From the human T2T-CHM13v2.0 reference genome, Homo sapiens, in NCBI RefSeq assembly GCF_009914755.1, contig NC_060939.1: DNA of 64,000 bases; one strand, given 5' to 3'. The notes below the pieces were generated by a model. It was not told where the DNA came from. It made no database searches and saw only the letters and a list, made by a program, of their open reading frames with translations. Of the stretch, positions 60,545-64,000 are shown one piece after another. Positions within the stretch are counted from its first letter, which is position 1, and each line of letters begins with the position of its first letter. The position numbers and the translations under genes are program-made.

Positions 60545-61784
60545 GCTTGTACTCTTTCTTCTTTTTTTTTATTCATACATCCAGTAAATATTTATAAAAC
60601 AATTACAATATACAAGAAGTTCTGCTAAACTTTGAGGAGACAAAAATGGTTAATATTTTCATCATTAATAGTTTTTGGTCATTCATAGTTCACACAAGTA
60701 AAGGCAACCTATAATAGAGTAGCGTTTATCATATAAATACCATCACCGTTTATATAGAAAATTTTTTCATCTCCTTACATTTCAGGATTCTGAGTATCTT
60801 CCCAGTGCTTCCTGCACCGATTTAAACAAAGTGAGTCCTGTTACTGAGTTTGAGAATGAGTTGACCATTTGTGAAATGTTGAGTGAATGAGTGTGAGTAT
60901 ATAGTAATCAATAGTAAAAACTATTTACCTAATAATTCAAATTAGTCACTCCCAGTGAAAGTGTAAGAATAGATACAGAGAACTCTTTCTAGAGGTTATG
61001 GTGCCCCATAGGAAGAGCTGTCCCTACTTATTCTTCACTATTACGTCGGTTGATGAGTTAATTGGCATGTAGGGTCCTGTTTTGATCACTGTTAGAATTC
61101 TCGGGCGAGCCATCTAATGGGATGAAACACACATTTTTTGCTTGTTTGTTTTAACATTTAAATACTGTCCCTGGACATCAGAATATCTAATTCTGAAATG
61201 AGAACAATTTTATGAGCTTACCAAATTCATTTAACAGTAATGTTCTTTTTTAAAAAGGGGGATATAATGTTCATGGATGCAACTCCATTGTTCCTGAGAT
61301 GATCCATGACTGACTCATTTGGAGGGGATCCCTTGGAGTTCTGTGCAGTTGTACATAACTCATTTGGCTGTCTTCAGTATATTTTCATTATATGTATGTC
61401 CGCTTCAAGTGTGGGCTGTTAGTAAGTCCATTTTCTTTTATACTAATGATAGGTATATACTGATTTTCCTACTGTACATCTATAAACATGTAATTGTACT
61501 CCTTTTTCGCTAATCAGATGACGAGAAACAGGTAGCTTTATTAAGCTCTCAAGTTAGAATCAAGATCATGTTTAACTTCTACCGCATTTGACAAAGGAAA
61601 AAGGAGGTCCCATTTCGTTAAGAACCTTCATTTATCCTAGGCACCACGCAAAGTGCTTTTGCTCTGTTCATTTAATCTTCATAACACTATGTGAGAAGTT
61701 TGCCATTTTTTAAAATATTTAGAATTCAGTGGGGTTTTTTGGTTCCTTCTCAGTAACCACAATTCTGCTCTGTACTTCAGTGTT

Positions 61785-62880
61785 TTTAATAATAGTTTTA
61801 TTGAAATATATCACATATAATAAAATCACCCTTTTAAAGTATACAATTCAAGGGTTTTTAGTATATTTAGAGTTGTGCAACCATCACCACTAATTTCTGA
61901 ACATTTTGGTTACCCCATGAGGAAACCCCGTACCTATTAGAAGTCAATTCCTATTTCCTCCTTCACCCATCTCCTAGCAACAGTTTGTCTTTCTCTCTGT
62001 ATAGATTTGCCTATTCTGGATATTGCATATAAATAGAAACACATAATATGTGGTCTTTTGTGACTGACTCTTTTTACTTAGCGTATTTTCAGGATTCATC
62101 TGTGTTATGTTACATAATCAATATTTCATTTCTTTTTATAGCTGAATAATATTCCATTGTATGGATATACCATTTTTTATTTATCTGTTCATCAGTTGAC
62201 TGAGATTTGGAGTACTTCTACTCTTTGGCTATTATGAATAATATTGCTGTGTATTTGCTGTACAAGTTTTTGTATGGACGTATTTTCAGTTCTCTTGGGT
62301 GTATACCTAGGAGTGGAGTTACCAGGTAATATAACTCTGGTGTTTAACCATTTGAGGAACTGCCAGGCTTTTTCCCAAAGTGGCTCTGCACCATTTTACA
62401 ATCCCATCAGCAACTTATGAAGGTTCCAGTTTCTTCACATCTTTGCCAACATGCGTCTGTTCCTTTTATTTTAGCCATCTTAATGGTGTGAAAACCTCAC
62501 TGAGGTTTTGCATTTCCCTAATGACTAATAATGAATATAGGTTGGGTGCTATGGCTTATGCCTATAATCCCAGCACCTTGGGAGGCTGAGGCAGGCAGAT
62601 GGCTTCAGCCTAGGAGTTCGAGACCAGCCTGGGCAACATTGCAAAACCCCATCTCTAGAAAAATTATCCAGGTTTAGTGGCACGCACCTGTAGTCCCAGC
62701 TACTTGGAAGGCTGAGGTGGAAGGATCACCTGAGCCTGGGGAGGTCAAGGCTGCAGTGATCTGTGATGCGCCACTGCATTCCAACCCTAGGCAACAGAGT
62801 AAAACCCTGTCTGAAATATATATTGAGCATAATTTCATGGGTTTATTGACTACTTGTGTATCTTCTTTGGAGGAAACTCT
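61785..62880 (-). mobile_element. L1MB-type 3' end, interrupted by an AluJ (+, ~62540-62815)
   Basis: gttgtgcaaccatcaccact, gatttgcctattctggatat, aatattccattgtatggatatacca, ttttgcatttccctaatgactaat. Confidence 0.85.
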
Positions 62881-62959
62881 GAGACTTAGTGATTTAATTT
62901 CTGAAATGGAGATAGTGGTTCTGGCCTTGCACTATTTTTGAGAATGATGTAATAAAAAG

Positions 62960-63170
62960 ATGTATCTAATCCCCCAGCACAGGGCCTAACACTTAGAAGA
63001 CATTTATTAAACGTTAATTTCTTCTTTCCCATTCCTTCTCCAGTTTCACAGATGAAGAAACTGAGGCTTAGAGAGAAGACACACAAGTAATTCACCAGGG
63101 TTCATCTTACAGTTAGCTTGTGAACGCTAGATTCAAATGCAGATTTTTGTATTCGTGCTAGATTCAACAC
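62960..63170 (-). mobile_element. MIR/L2 3' fragments
   Basis: cacagatgaagaaactgaggcttagagag...attcaaatgcag. Confidence 0.6.
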
Positions 63171-64000
63171 TGTACTCCCCCAACAACCCCTCCTTTTTGC
63201 CTATGCTCCTCTACTGTGAAATGGCTCCTTGGAGTAGGTAAACTTAGTTACTGTATATGATACTGTCTTTTATATCTTTGCTGTAAAAGCAAAAATAGCT
63301 GATTTGTTTAAAGAAACCTTTTCAAGGAATCGAATTTAATAGACTGTCTCTTTAGATTCATTTGAAATGTAATGTGCCTAAGGAACTGTGTTTTCCTTAC
63401 ACTTTGACCTCTCTAGGATAAAATGTCTGTAACAGATGAAAGGCTCAATTTTGGATGAATGTCTTGATGCATGACCACCAAAGACTGTTTCAGCTAGAAT
63501 GGTTGAAGAACTCTGGTTTCCAGATGTTATTACCTTAAAGCTAACCTGTTTTTATATGTAGTTTATAGTGAGCAGGACCACTGACATATATTATTGACCA
63601 TTTTGATTTTTTTTTGTGGATTTTAGAGAGGCAGCATCTGTAAATTACGTGCATACTGACTTTTGTTTTTGTTTTTTAACTTCACACAACTCCAGAGAAA
63701 GAAAAAAATAGAATCTTTTTAGACAAAAGAGAAACCCCTACTCTTTTGGCAGGATTTGCAAACTCAGATACTCTAGAGTGCATTATCAGGGGACCAGCTG
63801 AGGAATTCATTGACCAACATCTCCAGTTATTGTTGATTACCAGAAGAGAGCCGTCAATTTTCTTGTGAAGTGCTGTTATTTTAAACAACAGAGTTGGGAT
63901 CAGAACTGTTTCTGAACTGAAAGTAGAGTGTTAAAGAGATTCTTTTTTTTCTGGTTTTGGTGTTTTCAAATTAGTCTATTTTTAATTATTAATATTAAAT

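Overview
Human (primate) genomic DNA, AT-rich and repeat-dense. It lies entirely inside TCF12 (HEB, class I bHLH E-protein) on the + strand. The one clearly recognisable coding exon is 25001-25103 (103 nt, [38 protein letters not shown] residues ~75-109, usually numbered exon 5). The rest is the flanking introns, with about 35 Alu copies or fragments (including an AluYa5), MIRs, old L1M and L2 fragments, DNA-transposon MITEs (MER2, MER5, MER58-like) and a solo MaLR LTR. Nearly all ORFs in the supplied track are Alu, L1 or microsatellite artefacts. I see no convincing new multi-gene system. The best leads concern splicing architecture: a 62-nt frame-compatible alternative exon at 5899-5960; a perfect U1-complementary donor and possible 9-nt microexon just after exon 5; a candidate alternative first exon near 44.4 kb; and a candidate 45-nt poison exon at 60.8 kb. 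Structural oddities include a fold-back palindrome inside a MER58-like element, an ancient ~250-bp duplicated segment split by an LTR, and a nested inverted AluY within an AluJ. Repeat subfamily calls were made by eye from remembered consensus sequences, and most repeat boundaries are approximate.
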